The notes: generated from the sequence alone by a model not told the origin. A stretch of 26,732 nucleotides of DNA from Thermotogota bacterium (GCA_051748045.1 JBNJGY010000025.1:1-26732); one strand, 5' to 3'. Numbered from the stretch's first letter, positions 8,869 to 18,005 are shown. Made by a program: numbers and translations.

Positions 8869-9629
8869 TTTTACAAAAAATTCTTTCGTCATTTTTAGAA
8901 TTTCCAGGTTTTTTTATTACTTTAAACATTATAATGTTTTTTTACTATCTGAAAAAAGAAAAAAGAATTAGAAAATATCTAATAGTTATTACTATTTTCG
9001 TTTACGTTATTTCTACAGGTTGGTTTACTAGGATATTTGTTACTCCTTTAGAAAACAATCATCCACCTTTTAGTACTCAAGGAAAATTTTTTGAAGATGA
9101 TGGATTAATAGTTGTTTTAGGTGGAGGAATAATTTCAGACACTGAGAATAATACAATAAGCAGCTTATCTGACCAATCACTTGCTAGGGTTTATAAAGGT
9201 TATTTATTGTATAAAGATCTTGGATATCCTATAATAGTCACTGGAGGTAAATTACCAGGAACTGATGATATACCAGAAGCTTTTTTAATGAAAGAAACTC
9301 TCATAAAAATGGGCGTAAATCCAAATGATATTTATATAGAAATTGAAGCAAGAAACACAAATGAAAATGCAAAATTTACAGCTGATATAAAAAAACAAAT
9401 CAAAGCTAATAATGTTTATTTAGTTACTTCTGCAGTACACATGACTAGATCTTACAATTCTTTTAATAAATATATTGAAGAAAATTTGATAGCTGTCCCA
9501 GCTTATTATTTTGTATCAAAAACAAATCTTTCATGGACTGATTTTATCCCTAACATCAATAATTTAAGAGCAACTGCACTTGCGTTTCATGAATATTTAG
9601 GAATTGTTTTTTATAAAATTATATCTTGA
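8865..9629 (+). CDS. YdcF/ElyC (DUF218) family envelope protein
   Basis: IVVLGGG, IIVTGG, EA..MK, ARNTNENA, LVTSAVHMTR and HEYLG motifs; two N-terminal TMs. Confidence 0.9.
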   Translation: MILQKILSSFLEFPGFFITLNIIMFFYYLKKEKRIRKYLIVITIFVYVISTGWFTRIFVTPLENNHPPFSTQGKFFEDDGLIVVLGGGIISDTENNTISSLSDQSLARVYKGYLLYKDLGYPIIVTGGKLPGTDDIPEAFLMKETLIKMGVNPNDIYIEIEARNTNENAKFTADIKKQIKANNVYLVTSAVHMTRSYNSFNKYIEENLIAVPAYYFVSKTNLSWTDFIPNINNLRATALAFHEYLGIVFYKIIS

Positions 9630-9655
9630 TTATTCAATGTATTTTTTGATATAAT
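9626..9655 (+). promoter_or_regulatory. Promoter of tRNA-Pro
   Basis: TTGATT (9626-9631), 18-nt spacer, TG-A-TATAAT with -10 at 9650-9655. Confidence 0.55.
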
Positions 9656-9668
9656 AATTCGATGATTA

Positions 9669-9744
9669 CGGAACGTAGCGCAGGTGGTAGCGCGTCAGCA
9701 TGGGGTGTTGAAGGTCGCTGGTTCAAATCCAGTCGTTCCGACCA
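9669..9744 (+). tRNA. tRNA-Pro(GGG)
   Basis: Cloverleaf: acceptor CGGAACG/CGTTCCG, D stem GCGC/GCGC, anticodon stem TCAGC/GTTGA with loop AT-GGG-GT, T arm GCTGG-TTCAAAT-CCAGT, discriminator A, encoded CCA; 76 nt. Confidence 0.97.
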
Positions 9745-9747
9745 AAA

Positions 9748-9776
9748 ATATCAGGAAGCTATTAGCTTCCTGATAT
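9748..9776 (+). terminator. Hairpin/terminator after tRNA-Pro
   Basis: ATATCAGGAAGCT-att-AGCTTCCTGATAT, a 13-bp perfect stem followed by an AT-rich tail. Confidence 0.7.
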
Positions 9777-9795
9777 AATTTATTTGGAGGTATAT

Positions 9796-10701
9796 ATGAT
9801 TTATTTATTTTTAGCTATTCTCAGTTCTTCTGCTATTGCTCTGATTTTTAAACATTCTGAAAATAATAACATGAACAGATTTGCTATAACAACAATGAAT
9901 TATGTAATAGCATTTAGTACTTCATTAATAATTATTTTAAGTAATTTCAAAAACTTCAGATTTGAAGATAAAACTCTTGATCCTATTATGCATAACTTAA
10001 TAAATAATATAAAGTTCAATGAATTCACGAGCTTTATTTGGGCAATAATTATAGGAAGTATTGCAGGTGCATTTTTCTTTTTATCTTTTTTTCTATATCA
10101 AAAGAGCATTAGAGAAAATGGAGTGGGGTTATCAGGAGCTTTTGGGAAGTTAGGGATTTTAATACCTATGGTCTTTTCAATTATTTTTTGGAAAGAATAT
10201 CCAAATACTATTCAAACAATTGGTATTTCTTTTGCAATTTTTGCAATAATATTTATAAATATACCTTTTAAAAAAGAAAAATTAAATTTCAATTATTTAC
10301 TTATACTGTTATTTTTATTTGGGGGAATGGCTGAATTCTCAAATAAATTTTTTCAAAATTATTCATTTACTAAATATAAAGAAATATTTTTGTTCTTTGT
10401 ATTTTTTTCTGCCTTTTTAATAAGTTTATTTTTCACATTAAAAAAACCAAAAAAAGTACATAGAAGAGACATAATAACTGGTATTCTTGTTGGTATACCT
10501 AATTATTTCTCATCATTTTTTCTAATAATGGCTTTGGATTATGTGAAAACTTCAGTTGCGTTTCCAATCTTTTCTTCTGGAAGTATTCTATTTATAAACC
10601 TTGGAGGAATAATAATATTTAAAGAATTCCCTTCAAAAAAAGATTGGATTGCAATAGTAAGTACTATAATAGCTTTAATACTAATGAATATTAGAATGTG
10701 A
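9796..10701 (+). CDS. DMT/EamA family transporter
   Basis: About 10 TMs in two repeats, each ending in a IIFWKE / IIFKE-type motif; GGAGG RBS before ATG 9796. Confidence 0.85.
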   Translation: MIYLFLAILSSSAIALIFKHSENNNMNRFAITTMNYVIAFSTSLIIILSNFKNFRFEDKTLDPIMHNLINNIKFNEFTSFIWAIIIGSIAGAFFFLSFFLYQKSIRENGVGLSGAFGKLGILIPMVFSIIFWKEYPNTIQTIGISFAIFAIIFINIPFKKEKLNFNYLLILLFLFGGMAEFSNKFFQNYSFTKYKEIFLFFVFFSAFLISLFFTLKKPKKVHRRDIITGILVGIPNYFSSFFLIMALDYVKTSVAFPIFSSGSILFINLGGIIIFKEFPSKKDWIAIVSTIIALILMNIRM

Positions 10702-10702
10702 T

Positions 10703-11287
10703 TTAAATAATGTTTACTTTTAAGCCAGAAAAGATCTCTGAATTAGTTTTATTTTCTATACTTTTAACAAAATTATCAATTAAATATATTTTGTAGCCTT
10801 TTTCGATTGCAGTTTTTACAGTTTCTAAAACACAAACTTCTGCTGCTAAACCAACAACAACAAGGTTTCTTATGTTATTATTTTGTAATTCTTCGTCTAA
10901 ACCATTACTTTCTTCTGATTCAGAATCTGTAAAAAAAGCAGATTTTGAATCAGTTTCTACAGTAATGCCTTTTTCAAATATTTTATTATAATTACTAATA
11001 AATAATTCATTACCTTTGGTATCTTGAATGCAATGTGGAGGCCATTCCTCAAATGACTTATGATTTTCAGGGTGATTATCTTTACTTGCTAAAACTAAAA
11101 ATGTACTATCTTTGAACTCTTCTGCTAATTTGTTTAAATCTTTTCTCCATTTTTCATCAGTACCTTTAACAGGTAGTTCATCAGGACATTCTTCAGTAAA
11201 ACCAAACTGACAATCAACACATAGTAAAGCTGTATTACTACTTGTAATACCTCTCATTATTAACTTTTCAAAAATTTCGTCAAACAT
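10703..11287 (-). CDS. pncA: Nicotinamidase/pyrazinamidase (isochorismatase family)
   Basis: VDCQFGF, SKDNHPENH, WPPHC, FEKG and GLAAEVCV: Asp-Lys-Cys triad plus metal ligands. Confidence 0.85.
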   Translation of the reverse strand: MFDEIFEKLIMRGITSSNTALLCVDCQFGFTEECPDELPVKGTDEKWRKDLNKLAEEFKDSTFLVLASKDNHPENHKSFEEWPPHCIQDTKGNELFISNYNKIFEKGITVETDSKSAFFTDSESEESNGLDEELQNNNIRNLVVVGLAAEVCVLETVKTAIEKGYKIYLIDNFVKSIENKTNSEIFSGLKVNII

Positions 11288-11451
11288 TTATTATACCTCC
11301 TTATATTACAATGATACCAGATTTAACATAAATTTTAAATTTAAGTGAATAAATTACATATTTCATGATTATATTACAGTTATCTTATAAATAATGTAAA
11401 ATACATATTCTATAATATATTTGTAGCTCATAATTCTAAAGGGGTGAAAAT

Positions 11452-12198
11452 ATGTATAAATTAGTTTTAATTAGACATGGAGAGAGTACTTGGAACAAAT
11501 CAAACCAATTCACTGGTTGGACAGACGTGGATTTATCAGAAAAAGGAGTTGAAGAAGCAACAAAAGCAGGAGAAGTATTAAGAGAAGAAGGGTATGAATT
11601 CGATATAGCTTTTACTTCAGTTTTAAAAAGAGCTATTAGAACGCTTTACTTCGCTTTATATGAAACTGATCAATTATGGTTACCTGTAAAAAAATCATGG
11701 AGATTAAACGAAAGACATTATGGAGCTTTACAAGGACTAAATAAAGCAGAAACAGCTAAAAAAGAAGGGGAAGAACAGGTAAAAATTTGGAGAAGATCTT
11801 ATGATGTTCAACCTCCTGCATTATCTGAAGACGATGAAAGATATCCAGGTAATGAAAGAAAATATTCTGATTTAGACAAAGCTATATTACCAACTACTGA
11901 ATGTTTAAAAGATACCGTTGAAAGATTTTTACCATTCTGGCATGAAGAAATAGCTCCTACTATAAAATCTGGTAAAAAAGTAATAATTGCAGCTCATGGT
12001 AATTCATTAAGAGCATTAGTTAAATATTTGGACAATGTTTCTGAGGAAGAAATAGTTGGATTAAATATCCCAACAGGAATCCCGCTTGTTTACGAATTAG
12101 ATGAAGAATTAAAACCTATTAAACATTACTACTTAGGTGATCAAGAAGAAATTCAAAAGAAAATGAAATCTGTAGCTAATCAAGGAAAAGCAAAATAA
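11452..12198 (+). CDS. gpmA: 2,3-bisphosphoglycerate-dependent phosphoglycerate mutase
   Basis: [32 protein letters not shown] and NIPTG motifs; 248 aa. Confidence 0.98.
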   Translation: MYKLVLIRHGESTWNKSNQFTGWTDVDLSEKGVEEATKAGEVLREEGYEFDIAFTSVLKRAIRTLYFALYETDQLWLPVKKSWRLNERHYGALQGLNKAETAKKEGEEQVKIWRRSYDVQPPALSEDDERYPGNERKYSDLDKAILPTTECLKDTVERFLPFWHEEIAPTIKSGKKVIIAAHGNSLRALVKYLDNVSEEEIVGLNIPTGIPLVYELDEELKPIKHYYLGDQEEIQKKMKSVANQGKAK

Positions 12199-12205
12199 TT
12201 AATTT

Positions 12206-12236
12206 AAAAGGCTGACTTTTTAAGTCAGCCTTTTTT
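12206..12236. terminator. Bidirectional terminator between gpmA and ribH
   Basis: AAAAGGCTGACTT-ttt-AAGTCAGCCTTTTTT between convergent genes. Confidence 0.9.
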
Positions 12237-12237
12237 A

Positions 12238-12699
12238 TTATATTTTGCTATTTAAATCCATCATTTCAAGTAATGAAAGTGCAGTATCAAATCCTTTATT
12301 CCCTGATTTTATACCTGCCCTATTCATTGCTTGTTCTACTGTATCTGTAGTTAAAACTCCAAAAATAACAGGAATATTAGAGCTCAAATTAATTTGCGCG
12401 ACTCCTTTTGAAACTTCATTAGAAACAATTTCAAAATGATATGTTTCACCTCTTATAACAGCAGAAAGCGCTATAATACCATCATATTTTTTACTGTTTA
12501 CTAATTTTTTTGCTAAAAAAGGTATTTCGAAAGAACCGGGAACATAATAAACATCTATATTTCCAGTATTTAAATCGTGTCTAACAAAACAATCTTCAGC
12601 TCCTTCTAAAAGTCTTTCTGTTATTGTTGAATTAAATCTAGAAATGATAACTGCTACTTTTTTATCTTTTCCTGAATATTTACCAGTAATATAATTCAT
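12238..12699 (-). CDS. ribH: 6,7-dimethyl-8-ribityllumazine synthase
   Basis: SRFN, VPGSFEIP, VIRGETYHF, FGVLTTD, RAG.K.GNKG. The track's GTG at 12708 lies inside the GAGGTGA RBS, so ATG 12699 is preferred. Confidence 0.97.
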   Translation of the reverse strand: MNYITGKYSGKDKKVAVIISRFNSTITERLLEGAEDCFVRHDLNTGNIDVYYVPGSFEIPFLAKKLVNSKKYDGIIALSAVIRGETYHFEIVSNEVSKGVAQINLSSNIPVIFGVLTTDTVEQAMNRAGIKSGNKGFDTALSLLEMMDLNSKI

Positions 12700-12709
12700 A
12701 AATTTCACC

Positions 12710-13885
12710 TCATAAAATATTTTTTAAATCATGGTTAAATTTTTCAAATTTTGTTTTTAAATATCCATGATTATGTTCATTAACGTCACCAAAAATATTT
12801 TTTCTTTCAACAACATTAATACCATAATCTATCAATTGATTTTCTTTATCTTTATTATTAGATAATAATACTACATCAAATACTTCTAACTCATCAAGCA
12901 TTTGTGCAGCTACAGCATAATTACGATTATCCGCTGGCAATCCTATTACTTCATTAGCATCTACTGTATCTAGTCCTCTATCTTGTAAAGCATATGCTTT
13001 TATCTTATTTGTTATACCTATATCTCTTCCTTCTTGTCTTAAATAAATTATTATTCCTTTTCCTTGATCAGATATGTACTTCATAGCATTTTTAAGTTGA
13101 CTACCACAGTCACACTTTAAAGAAGAAAACGCATCACCAGTAACACATTCAGAATGCATTCTCAGAGGAACAGGCTTATCATTTAAATCACCATAAGTAA
13201 GAGCAAAATGCTCTTTTCCATCTATTTTATTATAAAAGCCAACAATATTAAATTCTCCAAACTCTGTTGGAAGTTTAGCTTCTGTAGCTTTGTAAACTAA
13301 TTTTGTGTTTTTTATAAATTCTTCATAAATATCATCAATAGAAATCATCGGTAAGCCATACTTATTAGACATATTAATTGCATAATCAATATCATGTGAG
13401 TCTCCATCTTTATTCAGAATTTCAATTATAGTTGCGTAACCTTTATATCCCAATAATTTAACTAATTCTACAGATGCTTCAGTATGACCTTGTCTTTCTT
13501 GATAAGCTTTTGCTCCTAACAAAGCCACATGACCAGGATAAGAAAACATATTTGGTCCATGTCCTTCAGATAAAAATTTTATAGTATTTGCTCTTTCAAT
13601 TGCTGTTACCCCTGTATCACTAAGTTTGTAATCTATTGGCACGAAAAAGTTCGTGCTATGTTTATCTAATCCATTACCAGGCATTTTAAAAAAACCTTTA
13701 CTCAACAACTGTTTTTCATCAGCTACTGTACATAATATACCTTTACCCTCTGTAATCATAAAATTTATAACTTCTTTATCTATTATTTCAGAAGGGAAGA
13801 CTAAATCAGCTTCAAATTCTCTTTTTTGATCTGTAACAATAACAGGTTTTCCTTTTTCAAAAGCCTCTTTTATTTCTGAAAACAT
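12710..13885 (-). CDS. ribBA: Bifunctional DHBP synthase / GTP cyclohydrolase II
   Basis: N-terminal REFEAD, PGH and R.GHTEA; C-terminal RMHSECVTGD, CDCG, RQEGR and NKIKAY. Confidence 0.95.
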   Translation of the reverse strand: MFSEIKEAFEKGKPVIVTDQKREFEADLVFPSEIIDKEVINFMITEGKGILCTVADEKQLLSKGFFKMPGNGLDKHSTNFFVPIDYKLSDTGVTAIERANTIKFLSEGHGPNMFSYPGHVALLGAKAYQERQGHTEASVELVKLLGYKGYATIIEILNKDGDSHDIDYAINMSNKYGLPMISIDDIYEEFIKNTKLVYKATEAKLPTEFGEFNIVGFYNKIDGKEHFALTYGDLNDKPVPLRMHSECVTGDAFSSLKCDCGSQLKNAMKYISDQGKGIIIYLRQEGRDIGITNKIKAYALQDRGLDTVDANEVIGLPADNRNYAVAAQMLDELEVFDVVLLSNNKDKENQLIDYGINVVERKNIFGDVNEHNHGYLKTKFEKFNHDLKNIL

Positions 13886-14432
13886 TCGCTACACCTCCCA
13901 TATATCTTAAAAACATATCTATCTCATAATTAACTAAATCTCCATTTTTTAAATCAGACAAATTTGTGTTTTTCCAAGTATGTTCTATTATCTGTATAGA
14001 AAAAGAGTCCAATGACATTTCTGCGACTGTCAAAGAAATTCCATTAAGAGCTATTGACCCATTTTTTATTGTTGGTGAGTCTCCTTTTGGCATTGAAAAT
14101 GATAATTTATAACTATTTTTATCTCTTGTATATCCCAAATATCTTATAGTACTATCAACATGACCAGTTACAATATGGCCTCCTAATCTATCTTTTAACC
14201 TCATAGCTCTCTCAACATTAACAACTCTCGTCGTTTTTAAATTAGTGGAGTTAATCGTTTTATACCCTGCATCAAAATACAACTTTTGTCCTTCAATTTT
14301 TTTTACCGTTAAACAAATTCCGTTAATAGCAATACTGTCACCATTTTTAACATCATTGAAATTGTTAGATATATTTAGTTCTTCACCTTTTATATTTAGA
14401 TTTGTCTTATATTCAATTATTCCCGTAAACAT
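13857..14432 (-). CDS. ribE: Riboflavin synthase (alpha type)
   Basis: MFTGII N-terminus, GDSIAINGICLT, GGHIVTGHVD and GSIALNGISLT. Confidence 0.96.
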   Translation of the reverse strand: MFTGIIEYKTNLNIKGEELNISNNFNDVKNGDSIAINGICLTVKKIEGQKLYFDAGYKTINSTNLKTTRVVNVERAMRLKDRLGGHIVTGHVDSTIRYLGYTRDKNSYKLSFSMPKGDSPTIKNGSIALNGISLTVAEMSLDSFSIQIIEHTWKNTNLSDLKNGDLVNYEIDMFLRYMGGVANVFRNKRGF

Positions 14433-15459
14433 TTATATCAAACTCCCATAAAATATTATTATCATATTTTTTTATTTTGAAGTTTTTATCATTTAAAAAC
14501 TTTGAATATTTTGAAAATGGAGAAATTCCTTTTCCAAAAATTGTCGGTGCTTGAAAAATCATAACTTTATCTGCATATGGTAAAAATTGTTCTATGATAT
14601 TAGCTCCACCTTCTATAAGTACTGAGTCTATTTCTCTTTCCCCTAGCTTTTGTAAAATTTTTTCTGGTTTTGATTCATTGATTTTCAACCCTTCAGATTT
14701 ATCATTTTTATAGTTCTTTTTTGAATTAATAATTAAATTTTTTCCTTTTTCATCAAAAATTTTATAAAACTTATTTTCAGAGCTTAAATTTCTATCTAAA
14801 ATTACTCTAATTGGATTTATACCTTCTTTTATTCTTGAAGTTAGTCTTGGATTATCTTTTTCAAGTGTATTATATCCAATCAAAATCGAACTGAATTTAT
14901 TCCTTAATTCATGTACATAGTTATTTACTTTCTCATTTGTAATTTTCCTATTATCTGTAGTATAAGGGAAAATAAAGCCATCTAAACTCATAGCAAATTT
15001 AACTATTACATAAGGATTTTTTTGTGTTATATATTTCAAAAATATTTGATTTATTTTCTTTGAATCATTCTCTAGTATTCCTACTTCAACTTCAATACCA
15101 TTCTCTTTGAGTTTCTTAATACTTTTACCAGCTACTTTTTTATTAGGGTCCTGCATGGCAATTACCACTTTTTTAAATTTTTCTTTAATTATTCTATCTA
15201 CGCAAGGAGGTGTTTTCCCATAATGATGACAAGGTTCTAGAGTAACAAACATTGTTGATTTTTCAAGAGAAAAACCCTTTTCGTGAGCATTATCTATCGC
15301 CACAATTTCTGCATGTCTACCTCCATAATATTCATGATATCCTTTAGATATTATTTCTCCATTCTTAACGATAACTGCTCCAACAAGTGGATTTGGATTT
15401 ACTTTCCCCATACCTTTTAATGCTTCTTTAATTGCAATTCCCATGAATTTGTTATTCAA
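14413..15459 (-). CDS. ribD: Bifunctional pyrimidine deaminase / reductase RibD
   Basis: PNPLVGA, HAE, TLEPCHHYGKTPPC, SLDG, DNPRLTSR and IEGG. TTG 15459 follows GGAGATGA; the track's ATG 15474 has no RBS. Confidence 0.96.
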   Translation of the reverse strand: MNNKFMGIAIKEALKGMGKVNPNPLVGAVIVKNGEIISKGYHEYYGGRHAEIVAIDNAHEKGFSLEKSTMFVTLEPCHHYGKTPPCVDRIIKEKFKKVVIAMQDPNKKVAGKSIKKLKENGIEVEVGILENDSKKINQIFLKYITQKNPYVIVKFAMSLDGFIFPYTTDNRKITNEKVNNYVHELRNKFSSILIGYNTLEKDNPRLTSRIKEGINPIRVILDRNLSSENKFYKIFDEKGKNLIINSKKNYKNDKSEGLKINESKPEKILQKLGEREIDSVLIEGGANIIEQFLPYADKVMIFQAPTIFGKGISPFSKYSKFLNDKNFKIKKYDNNILWEFDINVYGNN

Positions 15460-15476
15460 TATATCATCTCCCATAT

Positions 15477-15508
15477 AAAAAAAGACCCTGAATTTCTTCA
15501 GGGTCTTT
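15477..15508 (-). terminator. Riboswitch-controlled intrinsic terminator (attenuator)
   Basis: Minus strand AAAGACCCTGAA-gaaa-TTCAGGGTCTTTTTTT between the aptamer and ribD. Confidence 0.9.
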
Positions 15509-15553
15509 ACTTATCATATATATTGATATAACATTATCATCAATCACTTATGA

Positions 15554-15663
15554 TTTCTTCTATCATCCAGACTTTACTGTCGGTACCGGAATTACACCGG
15601 ATCAACCTATTAAGGTTCGCGGACTATACCGCCGGTCGGGAATTTCACCCTGCCCCGAAGAAA
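15554..15663 (-). ncRNA. FMN riboswitch (RFN element)
   Basis: Minus strand TTTCTTCGGGGCAGGGTGAAATTCCCGACCGGCGGT...GATCCGGTGTAATTCCGGTACCGACAGTAAAGTCTGGATGATAGAAGAAA matches the RFN consensus; P1 = TTTCTTC/GAAGAAA; upstream of the rib operon. Confidence 0.97.
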
Positions 15664-15687
15664 CTATGTTATTAATTTGTCAAATTA

Positions 15688-15696
15688 ATTATATCA
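15688..15696 (-). promoter_or_regulatory. Extended -10 promoter of the rib operon
   Basis: TGATATAAT about 25 nt upstream of the aptamer. Confidence 0.6.
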
Positions 15697-15710
15697 TAAA
15701 ATTTATTAAT

Positions 15711-16601
15711 TTATTGACTGTTATAATATATTTTATTATTTTTAACAATAATTTTAAGTCTTTTTTTATCATTTAAATAAGAAATATGAGACATCAATGT
15801 AGGTTTCATTAGATAATATTCTGTTAAAGTTCTTATTTTCATGCCTAATTCATCAAAAACTTTTGAGAATAAATCCTCTTCTGATATATCTTCTCTTGTA
15901 TTATCTATAATCAATCTATTAATTATTGCAACTTTTTCTCTGTTAAAGTCAACAATTTCTTTGTTTTTATAACTATGACTACCATGTGATGGAATTAAAA
16001 TATCAAATTCTAAATTTTCAATTGTATTAAAAGATTTTAATAAATTTTCAACATCAATATAATAAGACATTTTTGTTTTAGACAATTTGTTTTCTCCAAT
16101 TAAAGTATCTCCAGAAAATAGTACCCCTTCGATCAAATATCCTAGATGATTGAAAGTGTGACCATTTAAATCTATTGCCTTAATCTCTATTCCTCCAAAA
16201 GAAAATAATTCTCCTTTTTTTAAAGTTTTAAAAACTTTGGAATCTTTTGATTGCATGAATTTATTTGTAAGATGTCTTGGTGGTTTCGTACCAGAATAAA
16301 TATAATATGGTTTTAAAAATTGATTTTGAACAAAATAATCTTCTAAATCAGGGGTTATTATTTTACAATTTGTTTCTTTTTGTAAATAATAATTGCCACC
16401 AGTGTGATCTGAATGAGAATGTGTATTTAATAAATATTCTAAATGTAAATTATTTTTTTCAAGAAACTTCAATATTAAAGAAGAAGATCTTTTATCTAAA
16501 CCTGTATCAATAGCTAATACATTTGTTCCGTCTATTATTATTCCTATATTAGTAGAGGATGCAATATAACCAATATTATTTTTAATTTCAACATATTTCA
16601 A
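15711..16601 (-). CDS. MBL-fold metallo-hydrolase
   Basis: IDTG, THSHSDHTGG, GHT, SGD and PSHG motifs. GTG 16610 lies within the GAGGTG RBS, so TTG 16601 is the likely start. Confidence 0.9.
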   Translation of the reverse strand: MKYVEIKNNIGYIASSTNIGIIIDGTNVLAIDTGLDKRSSSLILKFLEKNNLHLEYLLNTHSHSDHTGGNYYLQKETNCKIITPDLEDYFVQNQFLKPYYIYSGTKPPRHLTNKFMQSKDSKVFKTLKKGELFSFGGIEIKAIDLNGHTFNHLGYLIEGVLFSGDTLIGENKLSKTKMSYYIDVENLLKSFNTIENLEFDILIPSHGSHSYKNKEIVDFNREKVAIINRLIIDNTREDISEEDLFSKVFDELGMKIRTLTEYYLMKPTLMSHISYLNDKKRLKIIVKNNKIYYNSQ

Positions 16602-16653
16602 ATTTTTCACCTCAAGATAGTTGGTTTATTCACAAAACATTATAACATATAAA

Positions 16654-16706
16654 ATACCTTCAAACAGATTTTTGTAATTTAATTACAATGTCTAATTTGA
16701 AGGTAT
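16654..16706. terminator. Long imperfect hairpin (probable terminator of the 16725-17837 gene)
   Basis: ATACCTTCAAA...TTGTAATT-t-AATTACAA...TTTGAAGGTAT. Confidence 0.55.
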
Positions 16707-16724
16707 ATTATTATCTATAATTAT

Positions 16725-17837
16725 TTAGTTATTACCTAAAATATGTTTACCAAGATCATCGTCTCTTTTCCATCTTTCCCATTTTATAATGAAATAAATT
16801 CCAATTCCTGTAATCAAAATAAAAGGAACCATGAAAATTAAGAAGTTTTTAAATATTAATCTCCATCTCAATTTCGATAAAATTTGAGTAACTTCATCCG
16901 GAGAATATCCATAAGCTGTTGCACTATTTAAATAAGCTCTAGAAGCTTCAGCATATTTTTCAGGATCAAGTTGATATAAAGATACTCCCAATTTCCCTAA
17001 AACTGATCCGTTTGTGAATTTTTGGCTAATTGATTTTTGATAATTTTCGACTTTATCTTCTAAATTATCTGTATAATCACCTAATAGTTCATAAGCTTTA
17101 GCCTTGTTTGATTGATTTGTTGATCTATTAATTAAAACAGTAGATAAACCTTCTGCTTTTTCTACTTCACCATTATCTAAAAAAGCATATATAAAATATA
17201 AAAGAGTTTGTTCATTGTAATTTGAGTTTAGGTCATAATATTCAAAAAGCTCATCAACATACTCTGTTTTTTTCAATGTATAACTCATGTTTGTGAAAAT
17301 ATTTAATATTTCTTCATTGTTTGGAAATTTTTCAAACTGTGTTTTTATCAATTCATAAGCTTGATCTCTGTCTGTAAAGATATTGGAATTCCAATAAATG
17401 TTTGAAACAGCAATAGCAGTTCTAGGTAATTGTTCGTTATAATAAGAATTAATTATATCTTTAAGCTCAATAATTCTATCAACTACATGAACATCTCTAG
17501 TCCTTCGCCAATAATTGTCTAAAAAATACAGCTCTAAGGCGTATGCTTGTATAGAATTAGGTTCATTATTCTCAAAATATTTTAATTTATTCACCATAGT
17601 TAATTGAATATCTTCAAATGAAATAAAATCTTTTATGTATTCATGTGTATTTGGATAAATATTGTAATTACTAGATTGATTATTCCAATAAATTAAAAAA
17701 CTTGACAAAGATTTCAAATCTGGGTTTTGGTCTTCTACAAGTTCTTTTAAATCCATCTCCATAAAAAAGTTTTTAAAATCATTTGAAAAAGAAAATATTA
17801 TGATTAAACTAAACAACAAAATTAACACTTTTCTCAT
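16725..17837 (-). CDS. Hypothetical exported all-alpha/TPR-like protein with C-terminal membrane anchor
   Basis: Signal peptide MRKVLILLFSLIIIFSFS; TPR-like helices (AKAYELLGD, VLGKLGVSLY); TM FLIFMVPFILITGIGIYFII; GGGGGTGG RBS. Confidence 0.75.
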   Translation of the reverse strand: MRKVLILLFSLIIIFSFSNDFKNFFMEMDLKELVEDQNPDLKSLSSFLIYWNNQSSNYNIYPNTHEYIKDFISFEDIQLTMVNKLKYFENNEPNSIQAYALELYFLDNYWRRTRDVHVVDRIIELKDIINSYYNEQLPRTAIAVSNIYWNSNIFTDRDQAYELIKTQFEKFPNNEEILNIFTNMSYTLKKTEYVDELFEYYDLNSNYNEQTLLYFIYAFLDNGEVEKAEGLSTVLINRSTNQSNKAKAYELLGDYTDNLEDKVENYQKSISQKFTNGSVLGKLGVSLYQLDPEKYAEASRAYLNSATAYGYSPDEVTQILSKLRWRLIFKNFLIFMVPFILITGIGIYFIIKWERWKRDDDLGKHILGNN

Positions 17838-17977
17838 TATTCCACCCCCTATAATAATTAATAATACCCTTAAACATATTATTAATATAATTTAATTATA
17901 TCACAAGTTTTGTTTACACTCTTATTAATATAGTAATATATTTATTATATAATATAGTGATAAAAGTAATTGCTTTA

Positions 17978-18005
17978 TTTATATTATTAAATAATCAACC
18001 GATAT
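17978..18005 (+). promoter_or_regulatory. Putative sigma28 (FliA/SigD) promoter
   Basis: ACCGATAT at 17998-18005 resembles the -10 consensus GCCGATAT; the -35 is weak (TTTA at 17978-17981). Confidence 0.55.

Noticed and set aside
9725..9744. tRNA-Pro 3' end as an integration (att) site
   Set aside because: No duplicate of the tRNA 3' end and no integrase seen; flanking genes are housekeeping.
11343..11360. Rex operator upstream of gpmA, and half-sites near 16629 and 17900
   Set aside because: Only one arm matches TTGTGAA-N4-TTCACAA in each case.
13300..13885. Possibly degenerate DHBP synthase half of RibBA
   Set aside because: Divergent, but the catalytic residues appear retained (RE.E.D, Cys, Thr, PGH, R.GHTE, EI).
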